IMG/VR virus record: IMGVR_UViG_3300035698_012962
Span: 64,001 to 128,000 of that record
Source: a virus
Length of the DNA: 64,000 nucleotides
Strand: one strand, 5' to 3'
Position 1 is the stretch's first letter. Every line of letters begins with the position of its first letter. This document shows, in pieces, positions 21,164-31,769 of this stretch. Both the position numbers and the translations under genes were made by a program. The notes under the pieces were generated by a model, which saw only the letters and a list, made by a program, of their open reading frames with translations, did no database searches and was not told the origin of the DNA.

Positions 21164-21696
21164 ATTAATATTATATTAATAAATGTTGAAACATCTATAT
21201 CACTTTCTCTATAATAAACCTGTACTTGCATTGTATCACCTCTCATTGCAAATATTGGTGCAATTAATCCTGAAAATTCACCACTATCTTTTGTGATGGA
21301 AACTGGATTAACAGTTGGTACTTCCATACCCTTAAATCCCTGTACATAAATAGTATCCACTGTTACCCAAGTACCTGTTCTACGAATATATCTCCGTACT
21401 TCAATACCAAGAGAATCACCTAATACCCATTTATGTGAAGATTCCCATCCTAATTTTTTTCTTCTATCTATTTGACCACCATCTTTTTCAATCATACCTT
21501 GGACACGATGAATGGTTTGGTTTGAATGTTCATTTAATTGAAGTTCATAGTAACCATTACTATCTTTGTTCAACCTACCGTCTAAATATATTTCATAATC
21601 AGGTAGATATTCTACATTAGATATATCATTGCAATTGGTAAATATAAATAAACTAATTCCTAGCCACATCCATAAATACTTCATACTCCACTCCAT
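21160..21696 (-). CDS. Putative lipoprotein
   Basis: Hydrophobic N-terminus ending FTNC, then a beta-rich domain. Confidence 0.5.
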   Translation of the reverse strand: MEWSMKYLWMWLGISLFIFTNCNDISNVEYLPDYEIYLDGRLNKDSNGYYELQLNEHSNQTIHRVQGMIEKDGGQIDRRKKLGWESSHKWVLGDSLGIEVRRYIRRTGTWVTVDTIYVQGFKGMEVPTVNPVSITKDSGEFSGLIAPIFAMRGDTMQVQVYYRESDIDVSTFINIILI

Positions 21697-21894
21697 TTAT
21701 TATTATCGTTTTGGGGTTAGGTGCTTCCTTTTTCATTTTTAAATCATTATACTCCTCTTCTGTGATCACTCTATATACAATTCTGTTTTCTATAGCACAG
21801 TCGATTACTATTAAATGGTCTTCTGCTAGTTCGTTTATTTCACCAGTATCCCATCTATCGAAAACTTCTTGTTTAAATTCTCTGTATGTTTGTG

Positions 21895-22602
21895 TCATGA
21901 CGCCGAAACTCTATCTGAAGTAATAATTATATCAAAATATCTATCTACTAACATTCTATAATAGGTATCGTTGGGTACTCCATAATTTCCAATTGACCAC
22001 ATATCATTAAACTCCACTACTACGTTTAGCTCATTTCTTAATATACCTACATCAATAATATATGTAGAAGGAAAATCTTTTTTATTTTCTTCTATTATAT
22101 CCTCTATAAATAATCTATGTGGTATCTGAAAAAGATCTCCACTATAATTATGCATATCCTTAATTTTATTTTTATGTACGTACACGCGTACATACGTATC
22201 ATCGGATATATTTGCTATAGAAGAATACACCATCTCATCAATAACAAATCCAGTAAATGATTTCAATTCAGTTGGTAATGGTTTAATAAAATACTTACCA
22301 CCTGCCTTTACTCTATTCTTTACTTCTCCTAATGTTAGAATTTCACTAAATCTATCAGAGTTTCTAGGTAATTGAATACAATCAAGTGTTATTCCAACTC
22401 GTCTAAATACCTCAGTCATAAACTCAACAGAACCTACGAATAAATTATTATCTATTACTAAATCATATTTACCTTCCTTTACTTCATCAAAAGTAACTAA
22501 TTTATATTTTAATACACCACTATCAAACGCTCCATAAAGAGCACTTGCAGCATCAAAGTGATGAGGTAGTATTCCATAATGGGATTTTTGAATAAATATC
22601 AT
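21895..22602 (-). CDS. ATP-grasp protein (R2K/DUF4343-like), possibly internally deleted
   Basis: VGSVEF, YFIKP, KSFTG, IDVG, VVEFND, GNYG motifs. Confidence 0.65.
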   Translation of the reverse strand: MIFIQKSHYGILPHHFDAASALYGAFDSGVLKYKLVTFDEVKEGKYDLVIDNNLFVGSVEFMTEVFRRVGITLDCIQLPRNSDRFSEILTLGEVKNRVKAGGKYFIKPLPTELKSFTGFVIDEMVYSSIANISDDTYVRVYVHKNKIKDMHNYSGDLFQIPHRLFIEDIIEENKKDFPSTYIIDVGILRNELNVVVEFNDMWSIGNYGVPNDTYYRMLVDRYFDIIITSDRVSAS

Positions 22603-22607
22603 ATTTG

Positions 22608-23030
22608 TTAAACTTTAAGTAATGGATCAACTTTCTTTTCTAACTTCTTTAATTCTTCATAAATTTCATTGGTGAAGTATCCATAAATCCGTAACGTTCC
22701 ATATTTCTCTTTTACATCATTAATAAGGATACCTTTTGCAAGTTTTCTATGGAGTTTATGCGCCCACCACCATCTGACCCTTACAATAGAATTATCATTT
22801 CCTACGAGGTGTAGTAATCTTAAAACTGTTTTAGGACACCACTTTGATCTCATTTGGGAATCTACATATTCAAAAAATGTATCTATATACTCATATCCTT
22901 CTGTTCCTTCTCTGAACAGATTGTATCCATATCCCATATATACCCATCTTCTTTGTTTGCCAGGGAAGATTGTATTCCAGAATGTTTTTGGTGTTAATTT
23001 ATTAAAATAATATTTCTTTTTTTTGTTCAT
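22608..23030 (-). CDS. Hypothetical phage protein (KEKYGTLRIY motif)
   Basis: 140-aa ORF with a motif common among phage hypotheticals. Confidence 0.5.
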   Translation of the reverse strand: MNKKKKYYFNKLTPKTFWNTIFPGKQRRWVYMGYGYNLFREGTEGYEYIDTFFEYVDSQMRSKWCPKTVLRLLHLVGNDNSIVRVRWWWAHKLHRKLAKGILINDVKEKYGTLRIYGYFTNEIYEELKKLEKKVDPLLKV

Positions 23031-23034
23031 TTAT

Positions 23035-23420
23035 CTATTGTAATACTCTTCGTAAGGTTTTTAATACGGTATTTAGCTCTTGAAGTTTTCTATAAGAATT
23101 ATATTTCATTTCAAAGAGATTATGGTATTGATCTGAATTCAGAAACTCTAATAATTCTTTACGGGTTTTGATCGTTTGAATTTCTTCTTCAATCTTTCTA
23201 TATTCTTCAAAAAACTTATTAGAATATTCTATTTTTTTCGAGGTATCATATATTAAGAAGCCCGCCATTACCCCGAATAGACTACCCACCGTTAATGCTA
23301 ACAAAAACAGATCCGGATTGTTATAATACATTACACTGAAAAATAGTAAGAAAATAAATAGAAACATATAAATAGATAACTTCGATGGAGAAGTGTTTTC
23401 AATTTTTCTAATAAATTCAT
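23035..23420 (-). pseudogene. Membrane protein gene with a probable 1-nt deletion near the 5' end
   Basis: ATG at 23420 (MNLLEKLK) joins NTSPSKLSIYMFLFIF if one A is restored; span 386 = 3n-1. The downstream ATG at 23367 may rescue it. Confidence 0.45.
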
Positions 23421-23427
23421 ATATTTT

Positions 23428-23649
23428 TTATCTATAAAGGGTTACAAAACTTCCAAAGTATTTATCGAACGTATCTACTAAGTGATCGTAACCACTTTCA
23501 GTCATTTCTTTTTGAACAGTTTCCCAATCTAACTCTAATTGATCAGCAAATCGCTTTGCCTTACCTAAAAGAGAATATGCATTCCCCTCTGGCCCAGTTA
23601 AATCAATTTCAATTCGTCTATTTTCGATTTCTTTTTTTGATTTTATCAT
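23428..23649 (-). CDS. Conserved small phage protein (IDLTGPEGNA motif)
   Basis: 73-aa ORF with a recognisable phage-hypothetical motif. Confidence 0.6.
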   Translation of the reverse strand: MIKSKKEIENRRIEIDLTGPEGNAYSLLGKAKRFADQLELDWETVQKEMTESGYDHLVDTFDKYFGSFVTLYR

Positions 23650-23650
23650 A

Positions 23651-24004
23651 CTAACTCTGATTTTGGGTTTGTTTTTTAATTGCTTCTTCTAACAGTTGTT
23701 TTTTATACATCATAATTCTTGGTCGATTCTTTTTACCTATCGGTCGTTGCCAGTAATCTATTTGTTTTGGGGTTAAAAACCCTCTTTTCATATAAAACTT
23801 TGCCATTGAAGTTCCAATCTCACCATGGGCACCTGTGAATCCAATACCGTTATTTCTGTTAGTGGTTTCGTAGATTTGTTCTTCTCTGGTCTGTCGATTG
23901 AATAAATGAACAAGAGCCTTACCAACTGCGTGAACTCTCATTGGTTCTTTACTCGTCAATACCGCCTCAATTTGTTCAATTAACTTTTTTTTATCAACTT
24001 TCAT
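23651..24004 (-). CDS. Hypothetical early protein
   Basis: RQTREEQ...NGIGFTG motif; first gene after the promoter at 24044-24072. Confidence 0.6.
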   Translation of the reverse strand: MKVDKKKLIEQIEAVLTSKEPMRVHAVGKALVHLFNRQTREEQIYETTNRNNGIGFTGAHGEIGTSMAKFYMKRGFLTPKQIDYWQRPIGKKNRPRIMMYKKQLLEEAIKKQTQNQS

Positions 24005-24008
24005 AATA

Positions 24009-24072
24009 ATTAGGTTAAGTTGTTGTTCTCATTCAACACCAGTAATATAGTGTATAGTATGATAAAAGTCAA
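24009..24072 (-). promoter_or_regulatory. Early promoter with degenerate leader carrying TAACCTAAT
   Basis: TTGACT-N17-TATATT; TAACCTAAT at 24009-24017. Confidence 0.7.
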
Positions 24073-24244
24073 GGATTATTTCACTCTTCGGAAATATTTA
24101 CTAATGACGAGTATACTTCCTCACTCATTTGATTTATTAAATCTGAAATTTCATCTACTGATAGTTTATGATGATTGGATAGAGTTACATCTACCTCGAT
24201 TTCACATTTATCTTCTATATCAAAATTAAATACGTAAGATTGTC

Positions 24245-24561
24245 CTAACATTGCTCTACCACCGTTTCTCCCAGTTTAGTTAATTTTAATGTGTAATGCC
24301 ATGCCATAGTATCAAAATCTAATAGATTTTTATCAAAAAGAGAGTTTGCGGTTAGAAGAGTGCCGTTTTCATTTCTTGCATTGAATCTTGATTCTTCTGG
24401 CATAGTATCCAATTTCGTTTATAATGTTCTGCATACTTTTCAAACGAATATGATCCGTCATCTCTATACTCCAAATATCCTTTTTCTTTAGCTCGTTTTA
24501 ACAGTGATACTTCATCATCTGTTAATTCTAATTCGATAGAAATTGTATGTTTATATTTCAT
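24245..24561 (-). pseudogene. Frameshifted small gene
   Basis: MKYKHT...AEHYK continues as KLDTMPEESRFNARN...AWHYTLKLTKLGETVVEQC in another frame; span 317 = 3n-1. Confidence 0.6.
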
Positions 24562-25571
24562 AATTTTCTAAATTCTGGTCTTATTAAAGCCCAAATTAAT
24601 TGTTTGTAAGATTTCCCATCTAACATTTTGAATAAGATAGCGGGTTTGTTAGTAGAGTTTATTGCATATTCAGCGAATAATTTTCTATCTTCAACAATAT
24701 CCCTTTTTTTTGCTTCTGCGAATAGAGATAAATAGAACTCTTTTGTTTCTAAATACTTCATTTTTAGTTCTTCTTCATATGATCTTATTTTGTCATAGAA
24801 TTCATCTGGAACATCTTCTAATATTTTAGTCATATCATCACCGTTCCGTAATATATCCCATACACCTAATGTAGATATTTCTGTCATAATTTTATGAAGT
24901 CTAAAGTACTCTTCGAATTTTACCTTTATAAAATCACCATTAGAAAATCTAACAACGAATCCTTCTGAATTATCCCACTCTAAATCTTTCAGTTCTTCCA
25001 ATTTTAAGTTAGGATACTCTTTAACTACGTCAAATCCAAATTCTCTGTAGTGTTGAATTTCTTTATACTCACCTGTAGTAAAATTTCGTTTACCTAACAT
25101 AACTAATCGCTCTTCCTCATATAACACCACAATACGATTCTCAGGATATATAATTTCCCACATGTACGTGAAATTTTTATCCAATTTATCTTTATCATAT
25201 CGTTCAATAAGTTCGTATGCCTTCATTGCTTGGTCTGAAATGAAGGAGCCACGTGAAGTAATAATTAATGTATCATTATAGTAAAAGGAAGAAATATAGG
25301 AACCATCTAACTTTTCATATACAGTGTAATCTTCAGTAGGTGTATGCTTATCTTCTTCAAGATTAAAGAATTTATCAAATCCACGAGATACAACATATCC
25401 AGTAGTGTTATCAGTAACCAATCCTCTACAAGCAATTGTTACTTCATCCCAATGTTGTTCGTATGTAGTGGAAAGTGAATAATTCCAAATTGTTAAAGGA
25501 AGAGTCGGATGATCTTGTGAAATTAACCAACCATCAGCTTCGTACAATCGTAATGTTTCTTCGAAATTCAT
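24558..25571 (-). CDS. RNA ligase, T4 Rnl1-like
   Basis: IWNY, CRGLV, FDKFFN, EKLDGS, SRGSF, EII, EGFVV, KVKFEEY. Confidence 0.9.
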   Translation of the reverse strand: MNFEETLRLYEADGWLISQDHPTLPLTIWNYSLSTTYEQHWDEVTIACRGLVTDNTTGYVVSRGFDKFFNLEEDKHTPTEDYTVYEKLDGSYISSFYYNDTLIITSRGSFISDQAMKAYELIERYDKDKLDKNFTYMWEIIYPENRIVVLYEEERLVMLGKRNFTTGEYKEIQHYREFGFDVVKEYPNLKLEELKDLEWDNSEGFVVRFSNGDFIKVKFEEYFRLHKIMTEISTLGVWDILRNGDDMTKILEDVPDEFYDKIRSYEEELKMKYLETKEFYLSLFAEAKKRDIVEDRKLFAEYAINSTNKPAILFKMLDGKSYKQLIWALIRPEFRKL

Positions 25572-25604
25572 TTATTCAATTAAATTAGTAATTATTAATA
25601 CTCT

Positions 25605-25633
25605 ATTATACATAAAGTTTTTATCAAAGTCAA
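25605..25633 (-). promoter_or_regulatory. Early promoter for the RNA ligase
   Basis: TTGACT-N17-TATAAT. Confidence 0.75.
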
Positions 25634-25636
25634 ATA

Positions 25637-26878
25637 CTAATTTTTTAAATCAGAATCATACCGATCTGGGATGTATTCGTTAATAAAATCCCATTCACTG
25701 TTAGAAAGTTTAAAGTACTTCTTTAATTTTCTATCAGACCATTTTTTTGAAAAATCTAAATATGGTACTGCTTTCAATTCACCACTTTCTAAATGTTGAT
25801 TAACTTTAAATAAAGATAAACAAAATCTTGCAAACTTAGTTAATAAATAAGATTTCCCATTTTCTAATTCCTTTTCATTTTTGAACGAAATTTCATTATA
25901 CGGTGTACCCTTTTTATTTTTACCAATTGGGGTTTGAGTTATTCTAGATGATATATCATGTTCGTGCATCTTTCCTAGAAATGTATTAAAATTTGGGTGC
26001 GGGGCTCCGTTATTAGGAATTCCCGTCGCTATTGTATTAACTCGTAGATAAACATTTCCACCCGTTGCGCCATTTCTATATGTATAATCCTCAAGTGATT
26101 GGTTCATCTTTTCAAAAATCTTATCTCTTATTGATAATACTATATCGTTACCATGAATGAATACATTATCAAGTGAATTATATTGAATACTATCATCAGT
26201 ATTGTAATGAGAATATATAACATTTATATTTTTATTCTCTCTTTTTATAACAGTTGTAATAGAAAGAGGTATTTCTTGTTGAACATTAAAGAAAGAGTTA
26301 CCATTTATAATTTTCAGTTCAGTTTCATATGTATTTATAATACTTTGAATCTTTTTTACCCTTCCTTTAAAGTTTAAAGGTTTTCTTGTTATAAACGGTG
26401 TTGCTGGATGTATACATACAATAGTTCCACCTTCTTTTAATAACTCAAATGCGTTATTAAAATGATTCATATGCGAACCATGGGAATATGATGGATTCAT
26501 TACAATTCCAGCGAATTTTATTTTCTTCAATTTGTTAAGGTCTTTACCAAACTTTTTAAAGTCGGCTTTTGTAATATTAACAAACCCCAAATTTATTCCA
26601 AACTTTTCCGATGTTGGTGATATATCGTTTCCGTAGATCATATTATTTATAATATGTTCATGTGAATGATATTTTATCAATTTTCTATAAAGGGCGATGA
26701 GAAACGAACCTGTTCCACTAGTTGGATCTAAAAACTTCGAATCTGGATTTTGAAATAACAATTCATCAAATTTTGAAATCATTTCATTTACTAATTCAAT
26801 AGGTGTAGGTTGTAATGAACCGGCCCGACACATTGAATATTTACTTAGTTGTATTTTTCTCTGTTCTTTTGTAATCAT
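25637..26878 (-). CDS. N6-adenine DNA methyltransferase (Eco57I/type IIG-like) with C-terminal TRD
   Basis: TPIELV, FLDPTSGTGSF (motif I), variant motif IV NPSY, VPYLDFSKKWSDRKL tail. Confidence 0.8.
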   Translation of the reverse strand: MITKEQRKIQLSKYSMCRAGSLQPTPIELVNEMISKFDELLFQNPDSKFLDPTSGTGSFLIALYRKLIKYHSHEHIINNMIYGNDISPTSEKFGINLGFVNITKADFKKFGKDLNKLKKIKFAGIVMNPSYSHGSHMNHFNNAFELLKEGGTIVCIHPATPFITRKPLNFKGRVKKIQSIINTYETELKIINGNSFFNVQQEIPLSITTVIKRENKNINVIYSHYNTDDSIQYNSLDNVFIHGNDIVLSIRDKIFEKMNQSLEDYTYRNGATGGNVYLRVNTIATGIPNNGAPHPNFNTFLGKMHEHDISSRITQTPIGKNKKGTPYNEISFKNEKELENGKSYLLTKFARFCLSLFKVNQHLESGELKAVPYLDFSKKWSDRKLKKYFKLSNSEWDFINEYIPDRYDSDLKN

Positions 26879-29130
26879 AAATAATAGTTTAGTTCAAATT
26901 CATTAATAACGTTTTCTGATAGTAATAATCGTACCGATCCTAAATTACAATGAGTATTTTCATATAATACATCTTCTTCCACTTCATTGAGTAAGTCTGA
27001 AACCGTAGCCACCTTATATAAATCGGCTAACATAGGAAATGAAGATACTATTGAAGCTACATTATCAAATGCCGTTTCAATATCCTTCTTATCTTTTTTA
27101 TTTATATCTCTTTTTTCTCTATTTTTTATTGTATAATTCTTCCCACCTTTCAATTCACTATCACTAAATTTAGTTGATACTGCTTTATTTTTTTTGAAGG
27201 TTTTATCAAGAAACTCACTGAGTACTTTATGTAGATTATCCATATTAATCCAAGATTTAGCAGTGGCATGTAATTTGTGTTCCCGGTAATCACCATTGTT
27301 GATTACACCCATTACATCTTCTATATCAACTTCTTCAAAATTGGGCCCAGTTCCATTTCTATAGATATTATTATTATCCAACCACTCTTTAATTATTTCT
27401 TTAGGATCTTTTTCACCTTGTATAATTGCTCTTGATTTTGCAAATTCAAACACCATTTCAAATGTTCTATTAGGAACAAAATCAAAAACATATGCTACGT
27501 CCTTTCCTTTTAATGGGGATGATGCTCTAAATATAAATTGGAAATAACGTTCGGGTGACGTTGTCTCAGATAATACAAAACAAGCGTTCCAAGGTTCAAC
27601 TGTAGTTCCTTCGATAAATCTACCAATAGTAACTGTTATTGATTTTTCAAACTTATCGACCGCTTTTAATACCTCACTTACAGCTTTCACATTATTTCCA
27701 GATGCGTTAATAATTTTTGTGTTTTCATCTGTTAATCTTTCTAGCATTTTTGATAGTGCTGTTGCAGATGCTACTGAATTTCCAGGCAGTAACCAAACTG
27801 TGTGATTTAAATTTGATACTATACGGTATGGAGAATATTTAGCCTTTCCATTTAATATTTGCGTCATCCAATGTTCCACATCTCCTTCAAATACAAATTT
27901 ACCTTTTTTATCAGTTGCTAATAATTTTGTTATTCTGAATTGTTCATCATCTTTAAACGAATTCTTTTTAATAATAGAATTAGGAATTGATGGAATATAG
28001 GTTTTAAGAGTCACTGCATCATTCGGGATTCCATTTTCAATATCTTTTCTTTTATCTTGTTGTTGGTCGATATAATCATAAAAATAACTATCTTCATCTC
28101 CAAATCCTCTATTAACATAAGTCTTTAATGGTGTTCCTGATGCCCATGTTCTATGATCTGATTTGATAAGTTTTATAAGTTTTTCAAAGTTCTCTGTGTT
28201 TGTTCCTGAATGGCATTCATCAATAAAAACATCAGTGAAGTGAAATTTCTCTAAAAACTTTTGAACTTCTGATCCAGATTTTTCATTATAGATTAGTTGA
28301 GTGGATATGGCAATAACAGTCGGATTACTATAGTTCACAATATCAGGAGTTCTATCTTCTTCTTTTTGTAATTCTATATAATCCCAATCCTTATAATATA
28401 CGTGTTTATTTATATCCTTTTCCAAAGAAGCAAATACATTGGGTTTAGAAGTCAATACAAGGAAAACACTTTCTCTGTTTAAATATTTATCTTCAATCAA
28501 TGTTCGATTTGCAGTTAACCATGCAAAATTCTTTCCCCATCTCATAATTGCGGCTAATAAGTAATCAGTTCCACCTGATTTCCGATGTTTCACATATCCA
28601 TTAATAAATTCAATTTGCCGATCTCTAGGCGGATATGCAAGACGTTTTTTACTACCATATAAAATATAATTCACATTTTCAATGATCCGTTCTGGTTCAC
28701 ACTCGTAAATTTCAGTACTCGTTCCATCTGGATATATCCCTACTCCCTCTGACAATAAAGTTCGTCTTACAACTTGTTCAATTACATACGGTTCTTTTTT
28801 AATTTTAACACTTGATCGGTTGAAATTAACAGCCCATAATATAATTACAAAATCTGTAGTTGTCCCAAGATACCCATCAATTGTTGATTGGGGTGTTGAC
28901 CCGTATTCTGCTTTGGTTCCATATTCTCCGAATTTGGGTACTAGTGGTTCAAATCCCCTCTCTGCGTTCATATAAGAAGTTCCCCAAACCCACATATACA
29001 ACCCCTTACCATTTTCTCTAAATACATCAAATTCATTTGGACTCATAGTGGTTTTAAATTTTGCACCACCTTTGTTGCTCATAGAAATCGTAGGTAGATT
29101 TTTTACATACCTTGCTACTTCATCAATCAT
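26875..29130 (-). CDS. SF2 helicase/translocase (restriction-subunit-like) with possible N-terminal GIY-YIG-like domain
   Basis: PRDRQ Q-motif, MRWGKN Walker A variant, FIDECH, ASGTP, YFQFIFRA, YVFDF. Confidence 0.75.
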   Translation of the reverse strand: MIDEVARYVKNLPTISMSNKGGAKFKTTMSPNEFDVFRENGKGLYMWVWGTSYMNAERGFEPLVPKFGEYGTKAEYGSTPQSTIDGYLGTTTDFVIILWAVNFNRSSVKIKKEPYVIEQVVRRTLLSEGVGIYPDGTSTEIYECEPERIIENVNYILYGSKKRLAYPPRDRQIEFINGYVKHRKSGGTDYLLAAIMRWGKNFAWLTANRTLIEDKYLNRESVFLVLTSKPNVFASLEKDINKHVYYKDWDYIELQKEEDRTPDIVNYSNPTVIAISTQLIYNEKSGSEVQKFLEKFHFTDVFIDECHSGTNTENFEKLIKLIKSDHRTWASGTPLKTYVNRGFGDEDSYFYDYIDQQQDKRKDIENGIPNDAVTLKTYIPSIPNSIIKKNSFKDDEQFRITKLLATDKKGKFVFEGDVEHWMTQILNGKAKYSPYRIVSNLNHTVWLLPGNSVASATALSKMLERLTDENTKIINASGNNVKAVSEVLKAVDKFEKSITVTIGRFIEGTTVEPWNACFVLSETTSPERYFQFIFRASSPLKGKDVAYVFDFVPNRTFEMVFEFAKSRAIIQGEKDPKEIIKEWLDNNNIYRNGTGPNFEEVDIEDVMGVINNGDYREHKLHATAKSWINMDNLHKVLSEFLDKTFKKNKAVSTKFSDSELKGGKNYTIKNREKRDINKKDKKDIETAFDNVASIVSSFPMLADLYKVATVSDLLNEVEEDVLYENTHCNLGSVRLLLSENVINEFELNYYL

Positions 29131-29163
29131 TGTATCTTTATTTTATATTATATGTCAAACTAT

Positions 29164-29952
29164 TTAATTACCAAACACTAATTTTACTTTATCTTCCACT
29201 TCATTCAATGGTGGAAAATGAACTACTTGAATCCTTGATCTTTCTACTACTAAATCTGGATTTGTATGTGCTTGGTGTTTTGGTGGGAGTGTATCTAATT
29301 CTTCCTTTGTGAAAGCTGATGATACAATACTTCGTTTTACGTATGTACCTTTCCTAAATTTATCAGGCAAATCCTTCCAATTTACACCTACAGAATGTAA
29401 CATCAACTTTTTCATTTCATCTCCGTTTTTGTTCTGTAGTTGTTTATGTGAAAAGAATGATTGTGCCAACATAGAAACTGAATTCTTTGTGGCATCGTTC
29501 TCTCGCCATAGTAATTGCGCAACAGCATCTTCTAATGTAGGTGTTTGATAAATTCTACTATCGAAGATTGCAATTTTATTGTGATTTGGTAAATGAATAT
29601 CAACCAATCTATTAAACTCAACAGATGCCTTAGAAGTTAATTTAGAAAGTATTTTTTGTTTTTTTCCTATATGATATAATGAAGAGTGTCGATTTGCTTC
29701 ATATAATACAAGTGTAATTTCATCTGATTGAGTATATCCTATTACTGCATTCGTTTCATCTACTAAATATTTAGTAAGTTCAATCATTATATCGGTTAAC
29801 TTTTCATCGAAAGGTCTTTCCAACCCATTTGTCCAATTATGAAAGTTGTTTCCATCTAATCTAATAATAACTGGAAGCGTTGGTATCATAATTTCTGGAG
29901 AGAAGCTCTTCTCTAACCATTTACACCAATCTCCTAATGTTTCAAATTTCAT
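29164..29952 (-). CDS. thg1: tRNA-His guanylyltransferase-like protein (Thg1/TLP)
   Basis: IIRLDGNNFH, YTQSDEITL, FDSR, WRENDATKNS, FSHKQL. Confidence 0.92.
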   Translation of the reverse strand: MKFETLGDWCKWLEKSFSPEIMIPTLPVIIRLDGNNFHNWTNGLERPFDEKLTDIMIELTKYLVDETNAVIGYTQSDEITLVLYEANRHSSLYHIGKKQKILSKLTSKASVEFNRLVDIHLPNHNKIAIFDSRIYQTPTLEDAVAQLLWRENDATKNSVSMLAQSFFSHKQLQNKNGDEMKKLMLHSVGVNWKDLPDKFRKGTYVKRSIVSSAFTKEELDTLPPKHQAHTNPDLVVERSRIQVVHFPPLNEVEDKVKLVFGN

Positions 29953-31139
29953 ATTTATTTATCCATGAGGTCTGTGATTAAAAGGTAAGCGCCTAATAAT
30001 GTAAATACAGGCCATAGTATTATTACTATTATTGTTAATGGAATTGCAACGGGTAAGGTTACATCATTACATCTATCAATGTATTTTCTCAATGAAAAAT
30101 CCATAACAATTCCTAAAAAAAGTATTCCTATTAGTAAATAAGTGATCATAATTAATAATGTTTATTTGTAAATTTACCTTGTCTAAAATTATATCTATAT
30201 CTATCATCTATGGATATTTGATGAAACTCATTTTCATTTACTTTCCATTTAAACGGAACATCTTTTTTGATATATCCAACTAAAATATATTGTGGAATTG
30301 ATTTTTCAATGAAATGTTTTTCAGTTACTTTTATATAAACTGTTTGAGATGTTCCTAATACATAATCACTTAGGGCAAAACTAATACTAATAAATATAAG
30401 TCCCCACCCGATGATACAAATTTGATAAAAAAGCCCAAAGTTCCAATATCGAACTAGTTTTAATATATACTTTTTCATTCACTATCTCCATTTTTCAAAC
30501 CATTCATATATATATATGGTACAGTGAAAGCCATACTACCAAACCATCCTACGAAAAATTCATCAAATTCCAAAGTTCTCATAATAATTACAACTATAAT
30601 GGCAAATAGAAATCCAACAGTAAATTGTTTTAGTGCATTTTTTAAACTCATAGTTCTCGTTTTCCCTTAAAAATTTCTAATTTATCATTAATGTTTTTAA
30701 TTATACGTCTACCCATTTCTAGTTTCGATATGTTAATATTATAATCATATAACGTATCAATCTCTTCGTTGACAGACGGTATAACCTTATCTAATGTGAA
30801 TTCTGCTAACAGTTTTCTAGCATAATCCTCTGTAGTACCAGCTTCTTCAACCAATAATGTTAATAGTGTATGTTCAACTACGTCTTTTCTTGTAATCATA
30901 ATTTTTCAGTTAAGGATTCTTTAATATTATTTCGAACAAACTCTTGTCCATTCAGACTTGACAACTTATATGATTTTTCAATGAGAGCTGATATTACATT
31001 TGGCGCACATAAATGATCTACACGGTTCATATTAATAGTCACTTGTGAACCAAATACATTACTGTGTGTTACTAAATCACCATCTACTCTCAATCCCATT
31101 TCTTTAAGAGAACGGATGCAGTAATCTTTATTTTCTTGT

Positions 31140-31451
31140 TTATCCATTTTTATCCTCTTCTATTGGTTCATCTGGTCTTCTGTTTAGTAATAGTTTTTCT
31201 TTAATATTTACTTCTACACCACTATGTTCAACAAAATCGTTTACTATCCAACCAGCTTTACCAATTAATAGTCCTGGTTTTCGTAACTCTACTGTAAGAG
31301 TGTTTGTTGCTTCATCGTATGATAAATCAGTAACGCCCATTGTAAAGGTATTTGAAACTCCCTCTTTCCCAGGATAATCATATACGCCATCAAAGTAAGT
31401 TGTAAATGAAGATTTCACTTCCCATTCTTTTACTGTTTTTTCTGTTTTCAT
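31140..31451 (-). CDS. Stand-alone KH-domain (type II, S3-like) protein
   Basis: VELRKPGLLIGKAG matches the RPGxxIGKxG loop of ribosomal protein S3. Confidence 0.6.
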   Translation of the reverse strand: MKTEKTVKEWEVKSSFTTYFDGVYDYPGKEGVSNTFTMGVTDLSYDEATNTLTVELRKPGLLIGKAGWIVNDFVEHSGVEVNIKEKLLLNRRPDEPIEEDKNG

Positions 31452-31482
31452 AGTTTAACATTAGTTTATCGTTTGTGTTGTT

Positions 31483-31511
31483 AACATACAAAAATACTCT
31501 ATCAATGTCAA
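31483..31511 (-). promoter_or_regulatory. Early promoter
   Basis: TTGACA-N17-TATGTT. Confidence 0.65.
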
Positions 31512-31769
31512 ATTAAAAATTTAAAACTACCATTTCATTTAGTTGTTGTTCAATATCCATTGATAAGTTATATACTTCCATCACTATAGACATTGATTCC
31601 GCATCATTGTATTGCTCATATAAAAGTTCTGCTTCTTCTTTTGATGTTGCATATATAGGATAATCTATATAATCAAACGTATCACATACAACCAACATAT
31701 GAGTTGCATTCTTTTCATCTTTTTTATGTAACCAATGTCTAATTTGATTTTCTAATGTCGTCATATTTT

